Positions 1 to 13,329 of a stretch of 64,000 nucleotides of DNA are shown piece by piece. The position numbers and the translations under genes are program-made. The notes beneath the pieces were generated by a model. That model searched no databases and was not told the DNA's origin. It saw only the letters and a program-made list of their open reading frames with translations. This DNA is from Eledone cirrhosa (Eukaryota): contig OZ024750.1 in assembly GCA_964016885.1 (NCBI GenBank), forward strand, positions 31,992,001-32,056,000, given 5' to 3'. The first letter of the stretch is position 1. Every line of letters begins with the position of its first letter.

Positions 1-809
1 TATATCTTTATTATCTATATTTTTTTTTATATATATGTGTATGTGTGTATGTGTTGCGCGTGTGTGTGTGTGTATATATATATCTTTTTATATGTGTATG
101 TGTATGTTCGTGTAAGTGTATGTGTGTGTATGACTGTATATGTATGTGTGTATGTGTGTATGCGTAAATATCTCTATGTGTGCGTACATGTATGTATGTG
201 TGTTTATATATCTGTATGTGTATATATATTATATTATAGTTATTATATTTTATTGTTTTATTTTTTTATTTTTCTTAATTTATAGATACATTTATATTAG
301 GCAGTCTGTCTCAGACAATTGAATACTGACCCCTCCCCCCCCTCCCACCTAATTTCTGTATCTTGATCTTGAAATGTGTGTGCCAGTGTTTTATGTGAGT
401 GATTTAATTTCTATGTGCTTATGATTTTATATCCACATATATAAATGTGAGTGGGGGAGTGTGTGTGTTTGTATGTTCGTGGTTATGTGTATATTTATGC
501 ATATACGCGCATGTATGTGTGATTATACTGATATGTGTGAGTATGAAAAAATATATTTATATGCTTGACTCCATAAGTATCAATGCGCATCTTATCAGCG
601 CATTAAGCTTACAGAGATATTAACCTTGAAATTTTGTGTTTGCATCCATCTTTTTAGTATGCGTATACAAATTATACACACATTTTTGTAAAATATGTGT
701 AAGGATTTTACATGTATATACACACACCGAACTGCTTTTAACCCTTTGTGTTTTCATTGGTCAATTTTGAACTGATATTTTGAATTGTTGTTATTATCAA
801 TAAATATAT

Positions 810-964
810 TTCATTATTTCTGAAGACGGCGTATATATGTGTTAGGTATGTATATTTAATCTTGATAATTTGTATAATTTTGTATAATTTTGTACATAGA
901 TCTGTTGAATATGCATACCAATTATAACGCATGTATACCCTAGAAACGATCGTTAAATAATGAA
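810..964 (+). ncRNA. Type I hammerhead ribozyme motif with very long helix II
   Basis: Helix I TTCATTATTT(810-819)/AAATAATGAA(955-964); core CTGAAGA(820-826); GAAA(943-946); palindromic helix III A-CGATCG-T; N17=T(954). Helix II of ~116 nt contains GTATATATGTGTTA/TAACGCATGTATAC and GGTATGTATATTTAA/TTGAATATGCATACC. The base of helix II is mismatched. Confidence 0.7.
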
Positions 965-1008
965 TTTTTTTGTTTAATATAAGGAATTGTTTATTCATTA
1001 TTTGTTTA

Positions 1009-1047
<39 letters not shown>

Positions 1048-2049
1048 AAGACATTTAAAACATTTTATTCCATACATATTAATCTTTCACATTTTACTTT
1101 CATTATCGCTATTTGTGTTTTACCATTTTCAAATAATTCTCTATGATGTTGATTGTGATATTTTCTCTGCTAAACTCTACTAAAATGTGTTAATAACATC
1201 TTATATGTTATTTAAGACATTGGCTACTAGAAAATTAGAAAAATGCTCTAAGAAGAAGAAAAGAAATGATTTTCTATAAACGTCAAACATGTTCAGTTAT
1301 TTGACTTAATTATTTCATTATATTGTTAAATATTTTATAACAAACTTAGTAACCTAGAGGTTAATCTAAATTGAAGTTAATCCGAGTAAAAATGTATAAG
1401 ATTTGATAAGTTCAACAGCCACATGCGAGGAAATGTGTAGAGTGTTTTGCGTATAAATGTGTTTTCTGTTGTAACCAAGTCAGTAAATAATTGTATTTGA
1501 TGCATGCTGTTTGATGGCGGAATAATACTCAGAATAGATGTCATTCAATATCTGTATATATGTATCCACAGATATTACATTGAAAACACTGTATAATTGT
1601 AATGGCTTGAATAAGGAATATATATATACTTATAAACGCAGAAACACAAGCATGCAAACACTCACACGCACACACACACACAACCACAAATATATATATA
1701 TACACAGTCACATACGCACACATGCATATATATGTATATATGTGTGTGTAACTATGTGTATGTGGGTGTATATATATTCATACATACGTATATAACAAAC
1801 ATGCACACACACACACACATACACACACTCACTCACACTCACACACATATATATATATATACATATATATATATACATATATATATTTACATATTTATAT
1901 ATATATAAATATATCCACATCTATATATCTATATATATATCTATATATCTATATATCTATATCTATATATATATATAGAGAGAGATATTAGAAAGTGAGG
2001 TTTTTTTTACAAAATGAAAAATAACCGAGGTGTCCTACACGAGTGGAAG

Positions 2050-2317
2050 TATAAAGAAAAAGGGATGAAATCGAAAATGCAACTGAAGTCTTATTTTTTT
2101 TTTAAATATATATATTTATTTGGTTCCTTTACCGGTTTCGTAGTTCTTCTGCTTTTCAAAAGGTGAGTTGAGATGGAGGGTCTGTGGTTCTCCATCTCAA
2201 CTCACCTTTTGAAAAGCAGAAGAACTGCGAAACCGGTAAAGGAACCAAATAAATATATATATTTAAAAAAAAATAAGACTTCAGTTGCATTTTCGATTTC
2301 ATCCCTTTTTCTTTATA
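2050..2317. repeat. Long fold-back inverted repeat (~128-bp arms, 11-nt spacer) of a PLE-terminus-like sequence
   Basis: 2050-2178 is the near-perfect reverse complement of 2190-2317. The arm contains GAAACCGGTA (3' half of an HHR core) followed by AATAAA. Confidence 0.8.
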
Positions 2318-2320
2318 TAT

Positions 2321-2376
<56 letters not shown>

Positions 2377-3137
2377 GAGCATGTGTACGTGCACTGGTTT
2401 TTTTCTGTGTTCTGCCGTATATATAATGATATAATTGTGTAGAATTAACATACAATGGTTCAATCTGATAAAATATTTCCTTCGTTTCTTGACAATGACC
2501 AGCGTCTATGTATGTGATTTCAGAAGCGGTAGACGGACGTTTTATGTTCATTAGAATATTCTTTCCGTCCTCTACTCTGTGATTTGCGATTTTCTCTGAT
2601 TTCAATGCGTATTTCACATAAGCCCACAGCATAAATACCAGTAACTATGGGTTCCATTTAATTGAATCCACCTAATTCTCGTAACAGAACATTCTGACCT
2701 ATATGAAAAGTATTACTATTTCTAAGATGCATTATATTAATCTCTCAGAATATTTATTCGGAAAGCAGACAATGTTTGAGATTGTGATATAGATCTCTAT
2801 TTCTGAAAAATTCATTATATATATTTTCCCAAATGAAATGTTTAATGCAAGCAAACCTACAATTTATAAGTATAACCTTCGTTGCAAAACGTAAATAAAT
2901 GAGCACATAGATTTTCTAAATATCTGTCATCAGCAAAATATTGGGATTGCTCTTATACTCTCCATTTCTACTTTGACATTTAACTGTCAGGGCAGACGGA
3001 GATTGATTGTTTAATGTAATTTATTTAAAAACTCAACCAGCTGAAATGTTTTGCCTCACATGCATAAGAAGGCATTCATGTTCGACTCCGAAGGACGAAC
3101 AGCACACGCCTCACACACACACACACACAACAACACA

Positions 3138-3200
<63 letters not shown>

Positions 3201-3219
3201 TAATATATATAATATATAT

Positions 3220-3434
3220 ATAACAGATTAAAGTTTAAGCAAAGAATCGGTGTTTTCACCCTTAACGGGATCTTCTCAATGTGACAAAGTCAATCTGTGA
3301 ACGCAGAAGTGAATATTTCAAAAAACGTTGCAACCGGAGGAAGACAGGAAGACGATACTTTGGTTCGTGGAAACGTTCCCTGGCAAAGAACGGGAAAAAA
3401 CGAATATAATACGAAATTATTTTAGTCTTCAAAT

Positions 3435-3440
<6 letters not shown>
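3220..3440. mobile_element. Short interspersed repeat family (copies also near 50815-51035 and 55290-55950), probably PLE-terminus derived
   Basis: Shared AAAGAATCG..TTTCACCCTTAACGGGATCTTC..GCAACCGGAGGAAGACAGGAAGACGATACTTTGG block, abutting (TA)n. Confidence 0.6.
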
Positions 3441-3489
<49 letters not shown>

Positions 3490-3493
<4 letters not shown>

Positions 3494-3683
3494 AAGAAAT
3501 TGTGGTAAGGAACTAGATAGACCATAACGCACCAGAGTACTCAATACTTAGGGTAGTAGAGTGGGAAATAGGAAATAGGAAAAAGGATGATCCCGACGGC
3601 AGAGCTCACCCGTTTCGACGGCTATTTCTCTCAGAAATAGCCGTCGAAACGGCTTCAGCTCTGCCGTCGGGCTCATACTGTTT

Positions 3684-3688
<5 letters not shown>
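3490..3688. repeat. Short repeat with internal fold-back; related copy in the opposite orientation at ~5010-5135
   Basis: CCCGACGGCAGAGCT..CCGTTTCGACGGCTATTTC tctca GAAATAGCCGTCGAAACGG..AGCTCTGCCGTCGGG. Confidence 0.6.
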
Positions 3689-3754
<66 letters not shown>

Positions 3755-3907
3755 TTTATATATATATATGTGTGTGTGGGTTTGTGTGTGTATGTATGTA
3801 TCTATGTATAGATATATGAGTGATACCACGATATTCAACAAGCATCAATGGATTTTCATATCTCCCCCGTTATGCGATTATTGTCGTAATATTTGTACTT
3901 TAATTAA

Positions 3908-4093
3908 AATAATTGTTTCTACTGTTGGCACAAGGCCAGCAATTAACCAGTACATTACTGGTACTTTATTTTACCGACCCCCTAAGGATGGAAGGCAAAG
4001 TTAACCTCGGCGGGATTTGAACTCAGAATGGCATGGGCCGTAACTCTCTGAGTCAAAGCATGGTGTTCGACCCTCTACTGAAACTGCCAATCC
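3908..4093 (-). mobile_element. tRNA-derived SINE family A (Nin/Deu-like core)
   Basis: Minus strand has an A-box-like TGGCAGT, B box GAGTTCAAATCCC and core TTTGCCTT.CATCCTTA.GGGGTCG.TAAAATAAAGTACCAG; many copies in the window. Confidence 0.8.
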
Positions 4094-5138
4094 AAAATAA
4101 TGGTTCTTAGATATTCTGTGTGCGCTGCATATAGAGATGTAGGCGCATACGAATTAAAGTCAAGATCTCAAACGCACAGCTATTGAAGGTCATCATGTTT
4201 TAATTTTTGCAGTTCATTTCTTTTTTTCCAATGATAAACTTATACTGCCATTATTTAGAGGATTACAACCATATCTATAAATGTTTAACCAAGAAAGAAA
4301 AATCATACTTTATAATACAGAAATAATTCGAAGAATTTTTACATCATTTCATACGATAAAACCAGTTTAGAATGCACAATAATGGAAATTATAAATGTAA
4401 TATTGTTCCCGTTTAGACATTTACGAATAATTTAATTCTGAGTAGACAAAAAGTTTTTGTTAACTATCATCTGATAAAATATCACAACATATTCTTTCGT
4501 TTTTGGCCTCGATCAAATAGTTCATACCATTTTTTTTTAAATTTAATTCCCTAAATTTCTTTGAAAAGCAGGATTTTTATTCAAATCTGATAATGTATAT
4601 ATTTTCATTTCATGTATTTCTTCTTTTCTTATGTGAAACTATGTTCGCACAAGCGTAATGAATATAAATATACGAAGAAAAAAAACTGTATGCATATGTC
4701 CATGCAAAAAGTCAATAAAAATATATTAACATTTCTATGTTGTTTTGTATTTATGTATTTAAAATTTCATCATTTTTTATGTTCTTTCAATAAAACTTTA
4801 CTCTTTTATCAGTATAGTTACATACGTCTCAACGCATAAATATTAATAAAAAAAAAAAACTTTCTATATTGGCTAAACTGAATTTTTGAAAAAGTATAAA
4901 GATATTAGCTATGAACACATAAACAAATATCACATATATATACATATATATACACATATATACATAAATGCATATACACACACATATATATATAAATTTA
5001 GTCCAGAATTAGCCGTCGAAACGGCTTGAGCTCAGCCGTCGGGGTCCTACTCGTTCCTATTACCCACTCTACTACTCTAAGTATTGAGTACTTTGGTGCG
5101 TTATGGTCCACCTGGTTCCTTACCACATTTCCTCCCCG

Positions 5139-5240
<102 letters not shown>

Positions 5241-5639
5241 AAATGCAAATCTGAAGGCAGGGTAAAATTCAAATCATTTTAATCACGGCACATGTTTCAA
5301 TAAGAGATAGATCGATCTTAAAGCCATGATCAATTATAAATGAACTCAGCAGGTGAAAATGAATTGTCTTAAAATTCTTGATATGAGGGAGAAAATTAGC
5401 AATGTTCAATCACAGAGTTTATTCCCTCGTGTGAGTGAACGGAGTTATACACCGTTTTACATCATCTAGCTGTTCCCTTGAATGGAATTGGAGATATACA
5501 AAAGCGTGGAGAACTTAATATTGCTAACATAAATTAATTGAACTGTTTTACACAACCAATAATGCACCTTACTATATAACAACTATGTGTATATATATAT
5601 ATATACATATACACATAGACACACACATATATATAAAGG

Positions 5640-5852
5640 AACGATCGACTTTCGTCAAATCGGACCGAGGGAACAATGTTTCCGTTGGTCTTTCCAATTG
5701 CTAATACTATCTATCGGTCGCAACTCCAGGTAGAAGGAGCAACGTGAAATAAATTGTCTTGCTCAAGCACATAACGCATCGCCTGGTACAGGAATCGAAC
5801 TCACAACCTTGCGATTACGAATCCAATTCTCTAACCACTCAGCCACACGCCA
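5640..5852 (-). mobile_element. tRNA-derived SINE family B
   Basis: Minus strand GGCGTGTGGCTGAGTGGTTAGA (A box) ... GAGTTCGATTCC (B box), then TGTGCTTGAGCAAGACA..TTTCACGTTGCTCC core. Confidence 0.75.
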
Positions 5853-6722
5853 TCACACACATATATATATGTATATATATATATAATATGTATATATATA
5901 TATATAATATGTAGATTCTCAAGTTGTGTCAGGGTGTAACCACAGTTAAAAAGGTTCTCAGTTCAAGATTAAAACTATTTAATTCGTATGAAATTATCAG
6001 TCCTGCTTGTTCCTGCGAATGAAACAATTCTATGAAGTCATTTCTACATCGTTCATCGCTACAACTTTTATATTGCTTTTATATTGCTTTTATATTGCTT
6101 TTATATTGTGAATTCTACATATGTTGTTGGTGCATCATTTGGTGAAGATAACATGGTTAATATGTTTTCTGTGGAAGATGAAAAATTGGATATTTGTAAA
6201 ATGTTTTCTGTTTTTGTCGAAATAGTGTTGTATCTTTCGCTGGAACTGATACATTTTTTCTCATTGATACAACTCCTCGAGATAATAGTTGCTTAATATG
6301 ACCTCTTTTAAACAGCGTTCGGTTTATAAATGTTTTAATTAACGAAGAAGTTTTAGGTGCTTACTATCGCAGAAATAAAGCGTCACTGTAGCTCTCCGTC
6401 TACCCCCCCCCCCCCCCCCAACCTTGTGAAAAGAATATCCCTTTGATAATTGATTTTCGAGAATTGCTCAAATAACGGTGGCAGTAAATCACTGATTTCT
6501 TAAGGTATTTGGGATTGCAGCCTTTATGTCGCCGAGAAATAATAATCTAATTCATCAAATTTCTTCCCAGCATGCAGTAGTTTTGAAAAATACAAATCAC
6601 GAAGAAGAATGCAAGAGTATGTTTGTAATTCCGAAATTTATAGGATAAAAAGGAACATTTTACGGTGGAGTTTGATTACTAATATGGTTATCACATTTCC
6701 AGAGGCAACAGCAACAATGTAG

Positions 6723-6781
6723 AGAAGAAGAAGAAGAAGAAGAAGAAGAAGAAGAAGAAGAAGAAGAAGAAGAAGAAGAAA
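6723..6781. repeat. (GAA)n microsatellite
   Basis: Direct reading. Confidence 0.95.
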
Positions 6782-7158
6782 TTGAAGTGGAGGATGGGGA
6801 GTTTAAACAGTAATCAAATTACAACAAATTTTTAAAGGTATAATGAAGAATAATTGAAATGGTAGAGAAGTGACAAGTAAATGGAAGTTTAGTGTGGGAG
6901 ACAGATCAATTGACAGAAAGGAAGTAGATTAAATAAGATGTTCTGTGTAAAAAATTAAATAGTACATTTATCATCTATCTATCAGAAGTATTGAAATCTA
7001 TTGTCAAGCCAAAGATTGTAGATCTTCAAAAAATATAAAGTATTACTTTATTAGTGAATTGTATAAATCGATAAAATACTGGCTTTGATGGATGAGCGAG
7101 AGGTAAGAAAGCTAATGGTTGGTGTTTAATTCAATTTCAATTCTAAATAATACTAATA

Positions 7159-7159
<1 letters not shown>

Positions 7160-7194
<35 letters not shown>

Positions 7195-7771
7195 CTTTCT
7201 TTATCAACCACAAGGGTTTACACAAAGTAGACATTAAGGACAGTACAGGACAATACAGGACGGTACAAAAGGCCATTTCTGCGTGTAAAAAACAAAAAAA
7301 ACAGAGGATGTAATAATAGAACAATAGGGGGGAGACTTCCGAGGGCCATCGTGGAGAAAGCCCATTAAAAAGCCACGGTGACACAATTTTCCACCTTCAA
7401 TTTACAGGCATATACTCCGAGTAGGTCCACTCACTCGGGCCATTCTTGCCTCTCTCACCCATCTTTCAACAAAAAGCTAGGAAGAGAGCACCTCCCTATC
7501 TACCCTGATTTTTTTTTTCAAATGAAATTGGAAAAAAGTTAATCAGGGAATCACCGAAGAGGTAAGTGATCGTCTTCAGCCCTTTCAGACTTGTCCAACA
7601 TACTATCTCTTTCGCCATGGCCACCAGACAGATAAAAACTGCTTGCCCTTCCTGGCTAAAGGAAGAGGGCGGAGCAATCCTCACGATGGACTCAGCTGAT
7701 AGTCGGAGCCGTTCTACACGCAACAGCAGGTGTTCGACATAAACCCAGAAGTCAGCAATGCTCGGACACTA
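7160..7771 (-). mobile_element. 3' end of a LINE (probably L1/Tx1-like) with (ATT)n tail
   Basis: Minus-strand degenerate C-terminal peptide (CLVAMAKEIVCWTSLKGLK...), 3' UTR ending GATAAAGAAAGC followed by (ATT)n. Confidence 0.55.
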
Positions 7772-7780
7772 TAATAATAA

Positions 7781-9875
7781 ACTGGAACCAACTGGACGAA
7801 AGAATTGAATAGAACTGTTATACAATGTTACCTGAAGAGTAACCCCAAAGAAAAAGGCTATAGGAAACGGATGCATAACATCTGGAACGAGATTGGTCTA
7901 TTTAAATTAGATGAACAGAAATTGGCCGGGCAGGCTCCGGTAATAAGAACTAATGGGTGGATACGCGAGCTGGAACTGGAGGAACTGAGCAGAGAGATTA
8001 GGTTGGAAATGGAGAGTGGAGTATGCCAGGCAAACGAGCCAGTGGGAAATGAAGGTGAAGAGGTTGAGAGAACGGAGGAACCATCCGAAGCAGACAATGA
8101 TCTGAATGCTGAAATAAATAATACCTGGAATAAAGATACGGCCATTGAGGAAATGAATGCTGACGGGCTAGGACAAGATTTGGTTGATATCCTAAACTTA
8201 GTCGTAGATGAAATGAACAATGATAGTGGGAAACCTATGAACCTAAGTTTTGTAGACAGGAAAAAGTTAAATGAAACAACAGCTAAGGTAAACAAAGTCA
8301 TCCCATACCTTGAGGCGAGAAGCCTTCACCAGTTCAACACTATCCTCAAAGCAACAGCAAATGCGGTGAGGAAATTACTTGGCATAAAAGCGAGAGGAAA
8401 CAACAAACAAGAAAGATCAGAACCTTGGTGGAAGAAACGACTGAATGGTCAAATCAGGGAAATGAGAAATGACATTGGAAAGCTTGAGTCCCTACTAAAT
8501 GGGACACTAAAAAACATAGACACTAAAAATAGACTGGAAATAAAGTACACATCTAGGAGGAAAAAGCTAAATATTATCATAGAGGAACTGAAGCAACGCA
8601 TTGTAGCAAAGAGTGCAACAATTAGGCGATACGAGAGCAGAGAACCGCATGTTTGACAACAACCAGAAGATGTTGTTTGGACAGCTTGAACGGAGGAAAG
8701 AAAGAGGCACGACTTGACAGATTCTTGAAAGGAATATGGCAGCAGGATGTTAAACATAATGACCAGGCAGTGTGGATTGAGGCAGTACAAAAGGAGATTA
8801 GTGAACAGACACACCAACAAACTGATTTGAGTATCACTGTTGAAACGCTTAAGGGGCAGGCCAAAAAACTAACCAACTGGAAATCACCAGGCCCAGATGG
8901 TGTGCAGGGGTATTGGATTAAATATATAACATCCCTCCACCCGAAACTGATAACCATGTTCAATGACTTCTTGATGTCAGGTGAGGTACCAGAGTGGTTG
9001 ACAAAAGGTACTACAGTTCTGGTAATGAAAGACCGAATCAAGGGTAATAATGTTACCAACTATAGACCTATCACATGTCTGTCCGTAATGTGGAAACTGT
9101 TAACAAGCATTGTGTCTGAGGAAATCTACAATCACCTCCACATAAACAACTCGTTACCGGACGAACAGAGAGGATGCCGAAAGAAGTCCCGTGATACAAA
9201 GGACCAGTTACTTATTCATAAGATGGTAATGAGGAATTGCAAGAGGAGGCACACTGGTCTTGCCATGGGATGGATAGACTACAACAAGGCATTTGACATG
9301 GTGCCTCATTCTTGGATCACCAAAAGCCTAGAGATCTTCAAGGTGGCAGATAACATCAGACAGTTGTTGAGCAAAAGTATGAAGTCCTGGAAAACAGAGT
9401 TAACATCGGCTGGAGAATCCTTGGGAGGCGTGAAGATCAAGAGAGGTATCTTCCAGGGAGATAGTCTGTCCTCTCTATTGTTTGCCCTTGCCCTGATGCC
9501 CCTGACCATTATACTGCAAAAAGTGAGAGCAGGATACAAGTTGGGAAAGGGAGAGCTTACCATCATTCACCTCCTCTTCATGGACGATCTTAAGCTCTTC
9601 GGGAAGAGTGAGAAGGAGTTGGATGTGCTTGTTGACACTGTCCGTATTTTCAGCAGTGATATATGTATGCAATTTGGTATTAGTAAGTGTGGAGTCCTTG
9701 TGTTGAAGAGGGGTAAATTGAGCAGAAGCAACGGAATCCAGGTACCAACAGGTGAGATGATAAAGGAAATTGACACTGAAGAAGGATACAAATATTTAGG
9801 TGTTCTGGAGGCTGATGACACCAATAACAAAAAAATGAAGGAATTGATAAGATCTGAATAGATTCGGAGAGTAAG
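7781..9875 (+). pseudogene. R4/Dong-type non-LTR retrotransposon ORF, N-terminus plus RT; frameshifted near 8653, 3' truncated
   Basis: WTKELNRTVIQCY..GYRKRM N-terminal motif; WKSPGPDG, NYRPITCL, EQRGC, WIDYNKAFD, GIFQGDSLS, LLFMDD, YKYLG. Confidence 0.9.
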
Positions 9876-10242
9876 TGTTCTCAGTGTTGTTGTCTTTGTT
9901 CACGTTGTTTGTGGTGGTGTTTGTTGTATGAATTTCAGTAACCCTCCTCTCAACTTTTACGCCGTTGTCACACGACAGCAGACATATTGCTGGAGGACGT
10001 GGCTCAGCCATGTTTTTTTTTCTTCTTTAATTTCAAAAGTAAAATGTTCAAATATTGTTCAAATATTTGGGCCAACGGGCCCAAATATTATACTTTCCCC
10101 TTCACAGGGAAAACTCCAAAGGCTTAAATCCCTTACACAACAAGAACAATTTAATAACAAATAATTATAAAAGGTAAATAAAGCGACTTACTGGGAGCAA
10201 GCAAAAAGAAGTCCAATCAGACCAATAATAATAATAATAATA

Positions 10243-10996
10243 ATAATTGTTTCTACTTTTGGCACAAGGCCAACAATTACCCAGTGCATTACTGGCACTT
10301 TATTTTATAGACCCCGTAAGAAGGAAAGGCAAAGTCAACCTCGGCGGGATATGAACACAGATCGTTAAGGGACGTAACTATGCTGGAAAGATGGCGTCCG
10401 ACCCTCTACTGATACTGCCAAGCCACCGCCCTAATAATAATAATGGTTTCTGATACTTTATTTTATCGAACACGGAAGGATAATCTGCAAAGGTAGCTTA
10501 GGCGGAATTTGAACTCCAAACATAAAGAGCTATAAAGTATATTGTCCGAATCTCTATCGTCAACTCACCACCCTACACATTGGTACATGGTCAACAATTT
10601 CGGGGAAAGGGGAAGTCGACTAAAACAAACTCAGTGTATTTCTGGTACTTTATTGTATTGACCCCGTAAGGATAAAAGACAAAGCTAACCATGTCGGAAT
10701 TTGAACTCAGAATGTGAATCGACTCATCGGATGTTGTCCGACACTTTACTGCTACTGCCAATTCACCGCCCTTGATACATGATACCAATAATGATAGTAG
10801 TGTAAATATTAATTGTTTCTACGTTAGGCACAAGGCAAGCAATTAACCAGTGCATTACTGGTACTTTATTTTATCGACCTCGTAAGGATGAAAGGCAAAG
10901 TCAACCTCGGCGGGATTTGAACTCAGATCGTAAAGGGACGTAACTATGCTGGAAAGCATGGCGTCCGACCCTCTACCGATACTGCCAATCCACCAC
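10243..10996 (-). mobile_element. Cluster of about four SINE family A copies
   Basis: Repeated GACCCCGTAAG..AAAGGCAAAGTCAACCTCGGCGGGAT.TGAAC blocks at ~10243-10432, 10445-10570, 10590-10770 and 10808-10996. Confidence 0.8.
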
Positions 10997-11079
10997 ATAG
11001 TAGTGTAAATATTAATAATGATAAAAATTATCATTATTATTCCGATTATTATTCACTATATATGTATTGTTATGAATGC

Positions 11080-11650
11080 ATTACCGAGCACAGTTCTGTG
11101 TGCCTTGGGTATATGCTGAGGTGATTTTGGTATTGTTATTCATCATCCTTTTAGAACACTCTTCGTAATATATATGCAGTGTCTAAGAGTCCTATTTTCT
11201 CCTGCTGTATATATTTGTAAGTCCTCGGTTTTTGGTCATAAATTTGTCTGTGTGTATATTTTTTGTGTTTCCTAGAATACCTATCATTATATAGATTGTT
11301 TCTATTTTTATCATCCACATTCGAGTTATCTCCATTATATTTGGATAATTCCTCAATTTCCTTCATATATATATCGTCGTATTTGGGGATAGACATGTCA
11401 ATTAGAAGCCATCTCTTTCTTTGTAGTCTTTGACATTAATATCCGGTTGGATGGCATTGATCTCCCTGTACGTGTGTATTGGCATATCCCATATATATTG
11501 CTGTATTGTCAGACATTATCTGACATTTTTTCTGAAATATGTCTGTGCCATCCTTTTTCTATTGGTATTTCGTCGTGTTCGGTTGGCATAGCTTCTAGTA
11601 TGTGTAAATTCCAACTCTCATATGTCTGTAGATATATTACTTTTGGCTAA
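11080..11650 (-). mobile_element. Degraded 3' end of an R4/Dong LINE (RLE domain plus 3' UTR)
   Basis: Minus-strand WDMPIHT..PDI and IGLLDTAYILRRV peptides; 3' UTR CCCAAGGCACACAGAACTGTGCTCGG. Confidence 0.7.
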
Positions 11651-13329
11651 TAATGGGCAGCCATTTTATTAACCACAATGTGTTTATAGTTGCTACATAA
11701 TCAACATTGAAAGCATGTTGATTAAGATATATGTGAAATTGGAATAGGGAAGCTATTCTAAGATTCAAACAAGAAGGGAAGGATTTTTAAAAATTATACG
11801 ATAAATAAGATACAATTCTCTATAAAGGAAAATAGGGTTTAGGTAATGTGACCCTCTGGATTTCTACAGTTGCTTGCTCTTTCAATCACCAGTCACTATA
11901 CAGAGTGTACTGAGTATGTTTATCGTATAGATCACCACTAACGGGAAAGTGGTAATGTCACTGACACGACTAAAGTGTCCCCCATATTGTTTGTTTGGCA
12001 GGCTTTCTATGGCTGGGTGTTTTCCCATCATCCTCCATTTACAAAATATTCTCAGTGCTTTCATTGTGTACCTCATCAATGCACCTGATCAATGCACCTG
12101 ACCCAACTAGAAAGACCTCTTGAAATTTGTGTGGCGTGATTTTTACATCGGTGTGCCCCTGTATATATTAATATTTCAAGTTACAATTTGCACACATGTT
12201 CGGTCCTAAAAAGCAAACAGCTACTAACGTATGTGTTGCAACATTCAATGGACAAATTACTGTTTAAGATCAGCAATTAACTGTTGTAAATCCTGTTCCC
12301 CTGTCCTGATTAAGAAAAAGTATTTCAACCTTCTCCTTGCCCGTATTGTATATAATCGTCGACTAACACAGTTCAAACTTTTCCCTCTAACAAAGTTTGG
12401 CCCTCAAAAATAGTATCATATACGGTATAGATGGTTGCACTAATGTTCAAATTACAACACCAGGCATGATATTATAATCTTAAATTGTAAGTACCTTCTT
12501 GAAAGATATGTACATTCTGTGAATTTTTCCGTGCAAAAGTCAATGTGTTTAGCATATATATGTAGAGAGCTATGTGTTGTTGTTGTGAAACGTATCGGGA
12601 AAACCGTCTAACTTCGCCAATATTTGTATTTAAAAAAGTGGAACTATCATTAGTGTTATTTAAAATGTTACTATTTACTTCAGTAAAAGTTTGTTTATTT
12701 TTTGTGTGCACAGAGGGGGAGGGGGGTATTTGTATGTGTTTATTGATTCTGCAATCTCTAGGGATTTTCGTATGTGTGGGTTTTCAATGTGTTTATTGAT
12801 TCTGCAAACTTCAGGGACGTGTTTTCGGTGCAAGTTTTACTGACTTACTTCTGTAAAATGAAACAATTCAAAATTTCTATTGTTTTTTTTTGTGTGTATG
12901 TGTGAGGGTGGGGTGGGAGGTGGATTAATGAAATTGAAAAAGAAAATTAATAAAATATTCATTCAGCTTTTGAGTCATTTCCGACCGAATTTAACCAGGA
13001 AAATGTCATTCAAATTTCGAGACAAATAATCACATTAGATAATCTACGATAGTGGTCTGAGAAAAACATCTTATCGCGGCAATATAATAATATAAAATTA
13101 CAAAATAGAACATAACGATGGAGAAGCAACTGCAATAAGCTACAATACCTCTCTCAGCATTCCCACCCCCAACATCAATCTCCCCGCCACCATCACCAAC
13201 ACCAATCATACCAAAGGAAGAGTTGAGAAAAATGCTCTTACACTTCTTACAGCTGCAACCATAACAACATCACCTCAATCAACAACAGCAATGGCCATAA
13301 CTATACCGTTGTTATTATGGTAATAATGA

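Noticed and set aside
5780-5852. tRNA gene
   Set aside because: A and B boxes continue into a repeated SINE body with no intact cloverleaf
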